39,306 bases of DNA. Source: Octopus sinensis (lineage: Eukaryota). Of this stretch, positions 12,602 to 24,129 are shown piece by piece. Within the stretch, counting starts at the first letter, position 1; each line of letters starts with the position of its first letter. The DNA lies in NCBI RefSeq assembly GCF_006345805.1, contig NW_021835539.1:1-39306 (forward strand). The letters run 5' to 3'. Under the pieces are notes generated by a model. It had not been told where the DNA came from. It made no database searches and saw nothing but the letters and a program-made list of their open reading frames with translations. Made by a program: the position numbers and the translations under genes.

Positions 12602-12810
12602 GGTTCAGTTCAGTTCGACATTCAAAACAAAAGGAAACGGACACCATTGCTTGAAGCCGTTTCCCAGGGTCACCTCGGAATGACACACAAGCTTATAGCC
12701 CTGGGTGCAAACATAAATGCTGTTGATGGTGAAGGTAACAGCTGTTTGCACCTGGCCGTGGAAAGAGAAGTGTTTGTTCCGAGGATGCACCCTTGGATTT
12801 ACTAAACGAA
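12602..12810 (+). CDS. Exon E, ankyrin repeats: GSVQFDIQNKRKRTPLLEAVSQGHLGMTHKLIALGANINAVDGEGNSCLHLAVEREVF-x-SEDAPLDLLNE (1-nt frameshift at 12776-12777)
   Basis: Acceptor cttccacaaag ends 12601; donor gtaagt at 12811. 209 nt. Adding 1 nt gives 70 codons, avoids TAA at 12803-12805 and gives the phase-0 exit required by the next exon. Confidence 0.87.
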
Positions 12811-13445
12811 GTAAGTTTTTAAATTGTTGTGTGTATATATATATTATATATATATATTGGTGTGTGTGTGTTCGTGTGTCTCTGTGTGTGTGTGTGAATT
12901 TGTGTATTTTGAGTCTTTGTGTGAGTGTGAGAAAGAGACAGACAAGCAGACAAACTTGGTTGTCATGTATCAATTCTCCCCTATCAACCCCATCCTCCAT
13001 TACCATTCCGTGATCCAGTCTCCCTTGTGACCCGAGTGATATTATGTAACAAACAATATTCCATCTCCTTTCACTCTCGAAGATGTCGTCTCACCACGGT
13101 CACGAGGTGACCCATCTCGGTTGTTGGCCCATATAAACACAGCCATCACAATGTGACGGGAGAAGTGGCCTATTTAAAAGAGGAGATATTATTCTCAATT
13201 AACAATGATGCAGGATAGAAGAGATGTCTGAGCTTTATAGTGCTGGTGCCATGGTAAATACATCCAGTCCATTCTATGAAGAATTCTGAGTGAAACTGCT
13301 CTCTATCCTACTTCTTGTACACGACATGAATCCACTGACTTCTTGTGGACATGTCATAACAATGTTCAATGTTAAAACACTAGAGAATGAATACAATAAA
13401 GCATGGTCCTTAGTGAGTTTTCCAGTATTTAAGTTCTGTACTTAG

Positions 13446-13484
<39 letters not shown>

Positions 13485-14424
13485 CACACTCACACACACA
13501 CAAACGCACACACTCACACAGACAAACACACAGAAGTAATGATTTTGAGTTTGAGTATATATCTTGTAAAATGCTGTTTAAAGCCCGTTTACTGTATTCG
13601 GCTATCCGATGTCATCAACAGTATGGACTTCAATACTACTGGACTTTTTGCTGTCATCTCATAAATGAAGCAGTTTTTTATAATTCTTATATTTTTCAAA
13701 ATTAAGATAAACAAAGTACTTTTTTCTGTTAATCTAAAACATATTCTCCTTCATTTTCTACAATGCCCTTCTGGTAGACTTGCAAGTCACTTCTTCCAAA
13801 ATTCACTTGTCCGTGATTAAAAATACTCCTCCATTACTCTTCTGACTTGACACTAATTCCTGCTTCCTTTACTTTACCGTCATCATTCAAAGATGCTTCT
13901 TGCTTAATTATGGAAACATTATTGATATGTTGGTTATGTCTGTGTGGTATTGACTTTGTTATGTTATAGGTGTTTTTGTTTCTGATATAACTTATGTTCT
14001 TTCTTCTCATGTTGTGTTATATTTATATATACAATACTCTTCTTATGGCCACATGCTCCTTTATCAAGCCAATTATATAGGTTGGTTCTTGTTGGTTTGT
14101 TCTTCCTATATTTGACTTTTCTATTGAATATATTGACAAGTAAATATTTACTCATTAATAAGCTTGATGTTAATCAATACAGTTTGTCCTGCTCAATGTA
14201 ATGACAATATATTTAGAGAGTGTCTCAGTGTTGAAAATAAAGTAAAAACATGAAAATGGGAAATGGACTCAATTAAAGAATATGTAGGAACTCAATACTT
14301 TGTAATTGCTTTAATTGGTGGATAAACAACCTATGAGTAAATTTAGATAAACTTTGTGTAATTAGGGGCATTTGTTTTAATATTTGTGTAATATTGTCAT
14401 CATTTTATATTTCATCATTTGTAG

Positions 14425-14597
14425 TGCTGCACTTCCCTTAACCTGAAAATAGAAGAAAGGCTCTCTGGTATAGTGGTTGCGAGATATCTCGCCAGCCAGG
14501 GAGCGGACTTTCACCATAAAACAACAAAATAACACACCATTGGACCTCATTAAGGACCCAAATTTGAGAAAAAATTAGAAGCATTTTTACCACCACA
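14425..14597 (+). CDS. Exon F, terminal ankyrin/cap: CCTSLNLKIEERLSGIVVARYLASQGADFHHK(NNKN)NTPLDLIKDPNLRKKLEAFLPP(Q); three apparent single-A deletions
   Basis: Acceptor catcatttgtag ends 14424; donor gtaagt at 14598. YLASQGAD...TPLDL matches the Mind bomb last-repeat pattern (FLAANGAD...SPLDL). Phase 0 in, 2 out. Confidence 0.85.
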
Positions 14598-15310
14598 GTA
14601 AGTATTTCCTGGCAATGGAACAGATAAACCAGTACATTTTCTATTTTGTATATAATCATATTTATATGTTTATTTCGTTTTAATTCTACCCATACATTAT
14701 ACTGTCGCTAGTGTTTTTGTCAAAGGCCACACAATAAACAATATGCAGTTCTCAGGAGATCAAAGAAAGAAAATGATTTTGATTACATTCACATGATTCG
14801 TAGTGTTGCCAGTTATACTTCACTGTTCACCCCCAACCTACCCCTCTTCGTTCCCTATTTTAAAGATTTGTGATCAATAGGAAAATATAGATCTAAATAA
14901 TGAAGTGAATGAATTCCATTTTGAGACTGTTACTTAGAAATAAGTGGAATTTATCTGTCTACCAACATCTTTTTCTCACTCTTCTAAGTCCGAATCAGTC
15001 AATATTAAGAATGATTTCATAGAAAAATAACCTACAAACACACACCAACAGTGTATATATTATATTTCTGCAAATACTGATGGAATATTGCCACATATCT
15101 TCATAGAAAAAAAAAACTGTCAGGAAACGTAAATAATTCAAGTAACACATATACCATTACTAGGTGTTTTAGTCGCCTTTGACTCCCGTATTTTATAAGA
15201 TTTGGCAATTTCTTTGCCATACATCTCTCTGTATTAGCTACTCAAGAAGCAGACACATTTGCCCCTCGGTGAATATACAAAACTTTCTTTGTCTGTTGAA
15301 ATTCAAATAT

Positions 15311-15520
15311 TACTCTTGTACTTGTTTCAGTCATTTGACTGCGGCCATGCTGGAGCACTGCCTTTAGTCGAAAGATTCGACCCCAGAACTTATTCTTTGT
15401 AAGCCTAGTACTTATTTGCCGCAACGCTAGATTACGGGAATATAAACACACCAACATCGGTTGTGAAGCGATGATGGAGGGACAAACACAGACAAACAAA
15501 TATACACACAAACACACACA

Positions 15521-15591
<71 letters not shown>

Positions 15592-15752
15592 ACGGGCTTC
15601 TTTCAGTTTCCCTCTACCAAATCCACTCAAAAAGCATTGGTCAGTCCGAAGCTATAGTAGAAGTCACTTGCCCAAAGTGCCACGCAGTGGGATTGAACCC
15701 AGAACCATGTGGTTGGTAATCAAGCTACTTACCACACATCTACTCCTGCGCC
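15311..15752 (-). mobile_element. Full-length-looking OK/OR-type SINE on the minus strand
   Basis: Reverse complement begins ggcgcaggagtagatgtgtggtaagtagcttg...ggttctgggttcaatcccactgcgtggcactttgggcaagtg; internal (TA)/(TG) tract; same 3' domain as 6138. Confidence 0.85.
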
Positions 15753-15867
15753 TATTGTTCAGAGATATTGATTTTTGGACTGTACAAATATTGATCTGTT
15801 TTCTTCAATTGACAAGCTTCAGAATATTTTATTTGCTTTTACAAATGAGTTTATGTCAATGTTATTA

Positions 15868-15902
<35 letters not shown>

Positions 15903-16020
15903 ATGATGATGATGATGATAACAACAACAACAACAACAACAACAACAAAAATAATAATATAATAACAATAATAATATAATAATAATAATAATAAATAATA
16001 ATAATATTGATATGATAATA

Positions 16021-16570
16021 ATGCCCTGATGCAGTACCAGGCAGTGGCTCTCATGGCTTCTGATCTTAACTGATGGGAAGTGTTATCATGTACATTGTTT
16101 TGTCTTGGTATAAAAGATGGCCTACAGCAAATATTCTGCTCAATACCACAGATTTATTGTCAGTTGTTTGACCTAACCAGTTGAGCATGTCCCTTAGTGG
16201 CTGACGATATGTGCATCTCTGATCACGAGCAGAAGTAGTGGGGGAGCATCATAGCCATGTGTTGAGAGGGATTCTTGGGGGTTTGAATAATTCACCTCTG
16301 GAAACAAGGGTGGTTCTTTCAATATCTTAAACAACCCTTATTCAGGGACCTTTTGAGCGGGATGGGCTACTCAACCTGAAGAAAATTCTAACTGGGCCCC
16401 ACCTGCAAGATCATGTGCTGTTTATCTTGATATGAGATCACGTGTCGCGCACATATGGTTGTGATGCATGTGCCTGGTACCCTTATCAGACGGGTAGTCA
16501 TGATGGGTATGTTGGGCTTCGTATATTTTACCCCAGTGTCACTTTGATGGCATGAACTGCTCTCTCACTC
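16021..16570 (+). mobile_element. ~550 bp repeat ending in an (AAT)n tail (SINE or LINE-3'-end-like), copy 1
   Basis: Runs atgccctgatgcagtaccagg...ctgctctctcactc then (AAT)n; near-identical tandem copy follows. Confidence 0.7.
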
Positions 16571-16603
<33 letters not shown>

Positions 16604-16605
<2 letters not shown>

Positions 16606-17161
16606 TGCCCTGATGCAGTACCAGGTTGTGGCTCTCATGGCTTCTGATCTTAAGTGATTGGAAGTGTTATCATGTACATTGTTTTGTCTTGGTATAAAAG
16701 ATGGGCTACAGCAAATATTCGGCTCAATACCACAGATTTGCTTGTCAGTTGTTTGACCTTAACCAGTTGAGCATGTCCCTTAGGTGGTGACAAAATGTGC
16801 ATCTCTGATCACGAGCAGAAGTAGTGGGGGAGCATCAAAGCCATGTGTTGAGAGGGACTTTTTGGGGTTTGGACAATTCACCTCTGGAAACATGGGTGTT
16901 TCGTTCAACATCCTTAAACAATCCTTATTCAGGGACCTTTTGAGCGGGATGGGCTAATCGGCCAGAAGAAAATTCTAGCTGGGCCTCACCTGCAAGGTCA
17001 TGCGCTGTTTATCTTGATATGAGATCACCATGTCGCGCACATATGTTTGTGATGCATGTGTCTGGTGTACCCTTATCAGACGGGTAGTCATGATGGGTAT
17101 ACTGGGCTTCGCATATTTATACCCCAGTGTTATTTTTATGGTATGCTCTGCTCTCTCACTC
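16604..17161 (+). mobile_element. Same ~550 bp (AAT)n-tailed repeat, copy 2
   Basis: Colinear with 16021-16570 from atgccctgatgcag to ctctctcactc; followed by (AAT)n then (AAG)n to ~17298. Confidence 0.7.
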
Positions 17162-17183
17162 AATAATAATAACAATAATAATA

Positions 17184-17271
<88 letters not shown>

Positions 17272-17299
17272 AAGAAGAAGAAGAAAAAGAAGAAGAAGT

Positions 17300-17765
17300 C
17301 TACAGAGCGCAGCTGATATTATTGGAAAGGGGCAAAATAAGGGAGAGAAAACTAGAACTACATGCACGATACATATAATAAAGCCTCCCAAAATCATGGT
17401 GGAAAATATCTCATCAGCATTGCCCAAATGATGTTGGCATCAGCTTTAAGATATACCCAAGGCCTGGGCCCCGCATTATCTGCCCACAACATAAATCAAA
17501 CTCGCATCACATAACAACAATACGGCAAAATTATTTCACCTCAAGTGGACCCACTCCATTTAGCATACATTAAAGCAGAAAAAGACCCCCATAAAGTTCA
17601 AGAAGTATTTGGAAAAATCCTTCAAGAAACCCCGGATAAAACTCCAACACCAGGATATGTCCCCGTAAACAGCAACTCTCTCCTCGAGTGGGTCATGTTG
17701 TCCGCATCCTGATTCGCCCGGTAGTGGGATTACGTTAAACATGACCTGCGCTAATACTGGCCGAA
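17300..17765 (+). mobile_element. Degenerate 3' fragment of a CR1/L2-group LINE ORF2
   Basis: Frameshifted translation ...TTIRQNYFTSSGP...IKFKKYLEK..LQETPDKTPTPGY resembles the FKxxLDxxLxxxPDxP C-terminal motif of this LINE group. Confidence 0.55.
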
Positions 17766-17781
17766 ACCTATGCATATACAT

Positions 17782-17842
<61 letters not shown>

Positions 17843-18574
17843 AGATATATCATCATCATCATCATCATCGTTTAACATCCGTTTTCCGTGGTAGCACGGG
17901 TTGCACGAAAATATACATAAGTAATATTTGTAGGCACGCCAACATGAGTATCTGTTCGAATGGACTCTACTGCGAATGTTTAACCCCAAGAGAACAACTC
18001 CTGTAAGTAATTAACGACGCAGAGGTGCATCCGATTAATTGCGAGCAGGGGATCGAACCCCTACCATCTTATAGCAACAGGACCAGCAGACCAGGTCTGG
18101 TTTCGGGCTATTCCTTCCACTGCTCAGTACTGGACACCTCATCTGCTAATCTGTGGAGACGGGATGTATATAATAAAGTGTATATAATAAAGTATGTGCA
18201 TATAAAGAAACCTGTGTAGATATATTTGTTCAGAAGAATTGAGTTCGATGTTAGAAGTGAAATATATTTCTGGAAGATATGTAGTTCACTGTGTGTCAAC
18301 CAATTTCTATGATGTATCAGGGTCAAGACAAACATTTATCAATGTATGTATGCATGTGTATGTATGTATGTATGTGTGTTTGTGAGCATGCCATTTAACT
18401 ACACACAATTCTGTATGTATGTAATTGTTTAAAGAAGAATTTCTGATATACTCTTGCTTGTCACTGGAGTGTCTCATAATATTCCCTACTCCAAACATGT
18501 ACATGATGTAATATTTCTAATATTTCTTATAAATGAATGTTATTGGTTTGATATGTTTCTATTTTGTTCCACAG

Positions 18575-18714
18575 GTGTTTGTGGTGCAAAAATAAAACGG
18601 CCACAATAAAATTTCTTCCATGCGGGCATTTTGTCACATGTGAAACATGTTCGAAAATCTCACTTAAACGATGTCTGAAGTGCGGGAAACCTGTAACGAG
18701 CAGAACTGGAGATG
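18575..18714 (+). CDS. Exon G, C3HC4 RING finger: (Q)CLWCKNKTATIKFLPCGHFVTCETCSKISLKRCLKCGKPVTSRTGD
   Basis: Acceptor ttttgttccacag ends 18574; donor gtaaga at 18715. All 8 ligands present in MIB/IAP-type spacing (CxxC..PCGH...CxxC..CxxC). Phase 2 in, 1 out. Confidence 0.93.
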
Positions 18715-18803
18715 GTAAGAAAATCTTTGCTGATCTGTCTGTTTGTCCTGCTTGTCCCATTGCCCTTATTGTGTAGAATAATATACTTCATGTTGTTATG
18801 TAG

Positions 18804-18950
18804 ACAGAGGTCTGCCATAATCTGGCAGATTTATGATAAAAGGTGTTCCTAGTGTCTGTTCTCTGTAATAGTATATCTCTCACACTACATCCACCAAACA
18901 TTGACCTTATCCAAGTAGGAAACATGTCACACTTCAAGAAGGTTGTAGTC
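18804..18950 (+). pseudogene. Cassette A: degenerate RING-like pseudo-exon (DRGLP*)
   Basis: Intact acceptor gttatgtag at 18803; aligns at DNA level with 20188 and 22147; TAA at 18818-18820. Confidence 0.5.
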
Positions 18951-19794
18951 TGCAACGTAAAGATAATGGACGATTCTGCAAGATAATTAGTGAGTAACTG
19001 AAGTATCAATAAATCTCCATCAACACTATAATTAATTATGAGTTATTAGAAGATAATTAAATACAACAGTACTTACAAGGACATCAGTGTCATCTTTGGT
19101 AAAGTATTAAATTTAGTAGAATATTTTAAAGGAGTAAAATTATATGTCACTAGTTTGAGAGACTTTAACACACAATTCCATGTTGTTATGTTTGTAATTG
19201 GAGGGTATTAAGGCTAATAGAGACAGTTTTGTTTGTCAAGCAACCAGATCATGAAACCTTCAAATATATCCTGAATGAGATGACATTCTGGTGAACTGTG
19301 AAGTTAAAATTAGGGATTATCAGCAACAATGTTTAACAAAGAGATTAAGAGTATGTTTCTCCTTCTTGAAGTGGTTGTGACATGTGTTTGTTGTTATATC
19401 TTTGATGAATAAATATGTTGACACTGGAATTAAACAGGTTGTTAGTGAAGATCAGGGTTTTGAGAATACATTTAGGGTCATAGATATAAGCAAGGAACCA
19501 AAACCTACAGATTAACTGTTATTATGTGATATAATTACAGCATTGTTAGATTATGTAGGATATCTTAACAGAAAGAGGAAATTTACAAAGATCAACTAGA
19601 GTTCGTTTTGGAGCTAAATATTGGCTATTACATGGGTCCACTGTTGAAAGTATAAAAATATTGACCAAAAGCATTATGATCGCTGGTTGGCCATTGATGA
19701 TATGAATGTCTCTCAATAATAAAATATAGATTATTAATAAATATAAAGAACTTGTCCTATAAATAAATATAAAACTTGGAAATACATATTTCAG

Positions 19795-19845
19795 AGAGTC
19801 CAAAGTTTGAAGAGAAGGGAGTGCAGACTGTGGCAGAGACAGTTG
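19795..19845 (+). pseudogene. Cassette A: shortened (51 nt) copy of the first death-domain exon, (E)SPKFEEKGVQTVAETV, donor mutated to AT
   Basis: Acceptor catatttcag; EEK and VA align with exon H (KKLEEKDLLKVAR). Followed by atgagt..aaaataa where exon H has gtgagt..aaaataa. Flanking intron DNA is homologous. Confidence 0.65.
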
Positions 19846-20187
19846 ATGAGTTTAAAATAAGAGATCTTAATTAATTTCTATAGATTTTACATTCACCTCA
19901 GCTATTTTGCGTATTAGAATGGTGGAGAACAAATCCCATTTCTAATTTCCATTTGAAAGGTTAGCTCTAAAGTAATTGTATTAAAAATATGAAATTTCAT
20001 AAAGTCATGGTTAACGTGTTTGGTAAATGGATAAATTAAAAGCCACAATAGAGTTAATATTGTCTTCTGGAAGAGGGAACTATAATTTTTTTTTAGGTGT
20101 TAACTCGTGAGTTAATAAGATAGTTGTTTGTTTTTCTACTAAGATTTTTCGTAAGTTTTCTGATAGGTTATTCTTGTTGTTATGTCG

Positions 20188-20235
20188 CCAGATGTCTGTC
20201 GTAATATGTTGTATTTTCTGAGGTTGTGTACCCTG
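20188..20235 (+). pseudogene. Cassette B: truncated RING-like pseudo-exon (RCLS*), acceptor AG changed to CG
   Basis: gttgttatgtcg|CCAGATGTCTGTCGTAAT aligns with gttgttgtttag|GCAGATGTCTCTCATAAT at 22147. Confidence 0.5.
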
Positions 20236-21199
20236 AATGTCTCTGGCTAGAATACATTTTGTAGTTGCAAATTAGAAAATTATAATTAAATATTAACTCT
20301 GCATAAGAATATTCATCATGAACTTCATTTTATTAAATGTTAAATTAAATATTGAACCGTGAACATCTGTTTATATTTAAACAAATTATTAGTGTTTATA
20401 CAAAATATAGAAACAGAAATTGAATATGACTTGAACACACAAATCCCTGTTTGTAACTATATATAATATAAACTTATTACATTGTTTGAACAACATTTAC
20501 CATCCATATAGTCATTCTTGTTCTCATTCTTGTTAGATTTTAGATGAAATTAATGCTAAAAGAGGCGCAGTTTTCTGAGTGTTTCACCCTTTGGTCTTGA
20601 TTGTTGCGTTCAAATTTTGTCATAGCATCATCATGTACCCTTACCTTACATTTTATATCTTGTTAGGGATCATGTTGGGGAAGTGTGTATGCAATTTGGC
20701 TTGTGGAGATATTTTTAGGGGCAGATAGTGTTGCGGAGTGGAGGGTATACACATAAAGGACATGTCTTTATGGGCTCAGTTTTACTTAATTAGAGAGGAA
20801 TGTTGATTAGTGAATTCTAGAGATGGGAGGACAGTGCCATGCCATAGGTTTGGCACAGTTATAAGAAAAGAAAGACAAAGCTAAGAGAAAACTGTTATCA
20901 AGTGTTAATTAAATGAGATAATTGCAACATTGTTAGAATATTTAATGTGTTTTTAGAGAGAGAGATAGATATAGAGAGAGAGGGTGGATTTAGAAATGTT
21001 AGTCTGTTTTATTGTGGACATATTGGGCTACATGAGACCACTGTAGAAAGTACAGATATATTGACCAAAACCATAATGGTCAACAGTTGACCAGTAACGA
21101 CAGAAATTGAATGTCTCACAATAACAAGATAGAGTTTAATAAAAATAAAGATGAAGAAATTTTATTTTTAAATGCAAAACTTGTAAATGTTTATTTCAG

Positions 21200-21271
21200 C
21201 GTCTCCAAAGTTTGCAGACAAGGGAGTGCAAATAGATTTACAATTATTAGAGCCTATATCCGAGCAAAGTG
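21200..21271 (+). pseudogene. Cassette B: 72-nt open-frame exon-like copy, (A)SPKFADKGVQIDLQLLEPISEQS, non-canonical donor (TTGAGT)
   Basis: Acceptor ttatttcag; same length and 1-1 phase as exon H; shares CCAAAGTTTG.AGA.AAGGGAGTGCA with 19795. Confidence 0.6.
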
Positions 21272-22146
21272 TTGAGTATAAAATAAGAGTTCCCAATTGA
21301 TTTCTATAAGATTTAATTTACCTGGGTATATTGTGTTTGAAAGAATAACTGAAAATAGGATCCACTCCTATTTTCAAGTTGAAAGATTAGCTGTATAATA
21401 ATTCTGTTAAAGATATCGATATTACTGAAAGTTTATGAAATATCGCTCCAAGTTAGCACGGTCGGTAATAGTGTTGAAAATAGAGGACACAATAGAGTTC
21501 ATTCTGTCATTTGATCACGAAATTAATAATGCTGTTTAACCCTTAAGTTTCAAACTTTTATTTATACTTTTTGGCTTTGCCTGGTGTCTCAGGAGTTACA
21601 ATAATACATAGTATTTAAAGTTTCTTCATATGTGAAATATTTTGGAAATTATGATAATTGTTTCGATAAGTCCCAAATGGGGATCGCTGAGAAAAAGCAT
21701 ATTTATCTCTTTCTATTCAATTGCAATAATAAAGATTTTAGTTTTTCTGAAACTAGAGTATCAAATGCGAATGTGTATGAAATATCAATGAATGATATAG
21801 AAGGGAAATGCAAGAAAAGACAAAAGAACTTTTCAAAACAGTCAATATTTTTGTAGTTCAAAAATTGCGATTTATGATATAAATGTCCTCTAGAATTAGC
21901 CAGAGTTAATAATGACAAAATTTAATTACTAAATATTGTTAAACACACCTCTACAAATGCAATGTAAGCAAGCAATTCACTTAAAATACAACGAACAACC
22001 GGCAGTGAAACTATTTTTATCAGATCCTCAAATGGGGCTCATGGCAGGCCATGGGTTAAGTGTAAGCAGGAGAATTAGGATTTTGTTTGTTTTTCATTCT
22101 TACTGTTTATGGATAGGCAGTTATTGTTATTGTTGTTGTTGTTTAG

Positions 22147-22310
22147 GCAGATGTCTCTCATAATCTCGCAGAGTTACAATGAAATTGGTTCCAAGTGTGA
22201 ACATACTTTTTTCACTGAAAGTAAATCTAGCATTACATGCACTAAACGTTGTCTTTGTCCAAGAAGAAGACTTTGGTTTCCTGCTGGGACAACCATTGTC
22301 TCACTCTCTT
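22147..22310 (+). pseudogene. Cassette C: degenerate RING-like pseudo-exon, GRCLS*SRRVTMKLVP/CEHTFFTESKSSITCTKRCLC
   Basis: Acceptor gttgtttag. After one frameshift it resembles exon G (CL.C...K.LP-C-x-H...KRCL), but it has TAA at 22161-22163 and lacks two Cys. Confidence 0.55.
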
Positions 22311-22619
22311 CAGGATAAATATTTGCTGCAAGATACAATACAATAAATGACATCGTCCTCATCATTTATCATCTGATTTCCATCCTCCTATCAATTGGAT
22401 GGATGGATGGCCACTATCCAAGTCAGTTCTTATTCAGAATTACTACCCACCGTCATTGGTTGAGGAACACATCTCACTACAATATTCCGACTTTTCCATG
22501 GTGGTATGTCTTTCCAAACACCAACCACATTCTACAGGGTCCTGGGTACATTTTATTGTACCAAAAACCCTAGAAAGATTGTTTGGTCTTCAAGAATATT
22601 AAACTTCCCTTTCTAACTT

Positions 22620-23935
22620 ATGCTAAGAAATATCAGACACATTGGCAGAAGAAAGGAGAGGAAACAAATTAGAGAAGAGATCCTTAAGAACCCTTATGAG
22701 GTTACTAGGAAACCGTTTGCAGATACTAAATATGGTTGGGGAAAATATACTGAAAATGGACTGGATGGCCATGTACAGGAGTCCTACAGTGACCCAAAGT
22801 GAGATCAACCATTCCTACTCGTGGACAGTTTGAAATGACCATCGAAAGCAGTAATCATATATTTCAGCTTGGTTGATTTCAGCAAGAGGAAAGAGCGCCC
22901 CAGAAGGTGTTTGTATACCATATAAAGACAAAGTGTACAAGTTTTGTACGCAACTATGTTATAAGCTAGAGTGTTATAGCATAAAAATGAACTGTTGATG
23001 CGTGTCGCAAGACAGAAGAGTTTAATTAACAAAAGAAGCTAAAGTAAAATTTATTGGTCAATTCAGACCAGTTTCAATCCTGACTGTAGATGACAAGATT
23101 TACATGGATTTACTTGCTAAGGGATCAGCTACATATCTACAAAATCATGTCTATAGGACGGGAAATGTCCAGAAGGCTGACATCTCCGGAATTCGTGGAT
23201 ATGTGGAACAAACATTTTCAATCTGGGATGCACACAAGACAGACAGGAGAGTAAAAAGGAGTTGAATGTTGTATGGTTTGATCTGGCTAATGCTTATGGT
23301 TCTGTACCACTCGGTAGATAGCTCCAATCAGTTGTTGATGAAAGCAATGGACTTCTTTTATATACTGGAAGAAAAGATTATCTGATGAAGAGCTGCTATA
23401 ACAATTTCAAAATGCAGTTCATGGCAGAAAATTTCACAACAGAGTGGGATCGTCTTGAATTTGAAATACCTGTAGGTTGAAAAATATCCGCCATTTGAGT
23501 TTGTTATGGAGAAGCTACTTAGATCAGCAGATTGATCAGAAGAAATGGCTTGAGTGAAATCACATGAGAAGGCATTAATTGATGATATAACAATAATAAG
23601 AGATTAAAATGACATACAAATCGTTCTGGATAGACTGGATGGACTTATTACTTGGTAGAGAGTGTGGTTTAAAGCTAATAAGTAATGCAGTCTGTCAGTT
23701 GTCAAAGGTCATCAGAAGAAGTTCAAAATAGCAGGTGAAACCATGTCAAAGGTTGAAAAGAAACCTATAAAATGTTTAGGACAATGGTACACTACCTCAT
23801 TGTCCAATAAGAGTAGAGGCATTGAGATCATGGCAGAAAGAGAGGGTGGGTTATAAGCAATAGATAAGTGAGGACCTCTCGGAAAATACGAGATTTGCTG
23901 CGTCCAGTTTGATCTATATCTCCGTCTTGCGTATA
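22620..23935 (+). mobile_element. Degenerate non-LTR retrotransposon RT, HERO/R2-superfamily-like
   Basis: Broken frames give RRKERKQIREEILKNPY, GQFRPVSILTVDDKI, VQKADISG..GYVEQT, LNVVWFDLANAYGSVP, ALIDDIT and KPIKCLGQWY, with many stops. Confidence 0.75.
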
Positions 23936-24129
23936 TATTCTTGAGCATCCGTTCTTGTGTACCATTTCAGATATCTTTGCCGCCATAACGTGTGGATAAT
24001 TAGTTATATGAAGTTAATGAGGTTTGTGCAAATGTAGACTGTAGCGTGTAAAATCTAGCATGCAATAATTTCAACACTTCTTATTAATAACTGCACTTTT
24101 TGATTCCACGTAAATTGACAACTGAATGT

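Noticed and set aside
13040-13330. Possible very decayed RT remnant (ISPLL, *DDI on the minus strand)
   Set aside because: Motifs too short and scattered to support.
18040-18075. tRNA T-arm-like hairpin AGGGGTTCGATCCCCT on the minus strand
   Set aside because: No acceptor stem or anticodon arm; at most a decayed SINE head. SINE heads at 6138, 6619 and 15752 are likewise not tRNA genes.
18715-18776. RING ORF read-through giving an extra CPACP motif
   Set aside because: It lies past a canonical gtaaga donor whose phase matches exon H; likely chance unless intron retention is shown.
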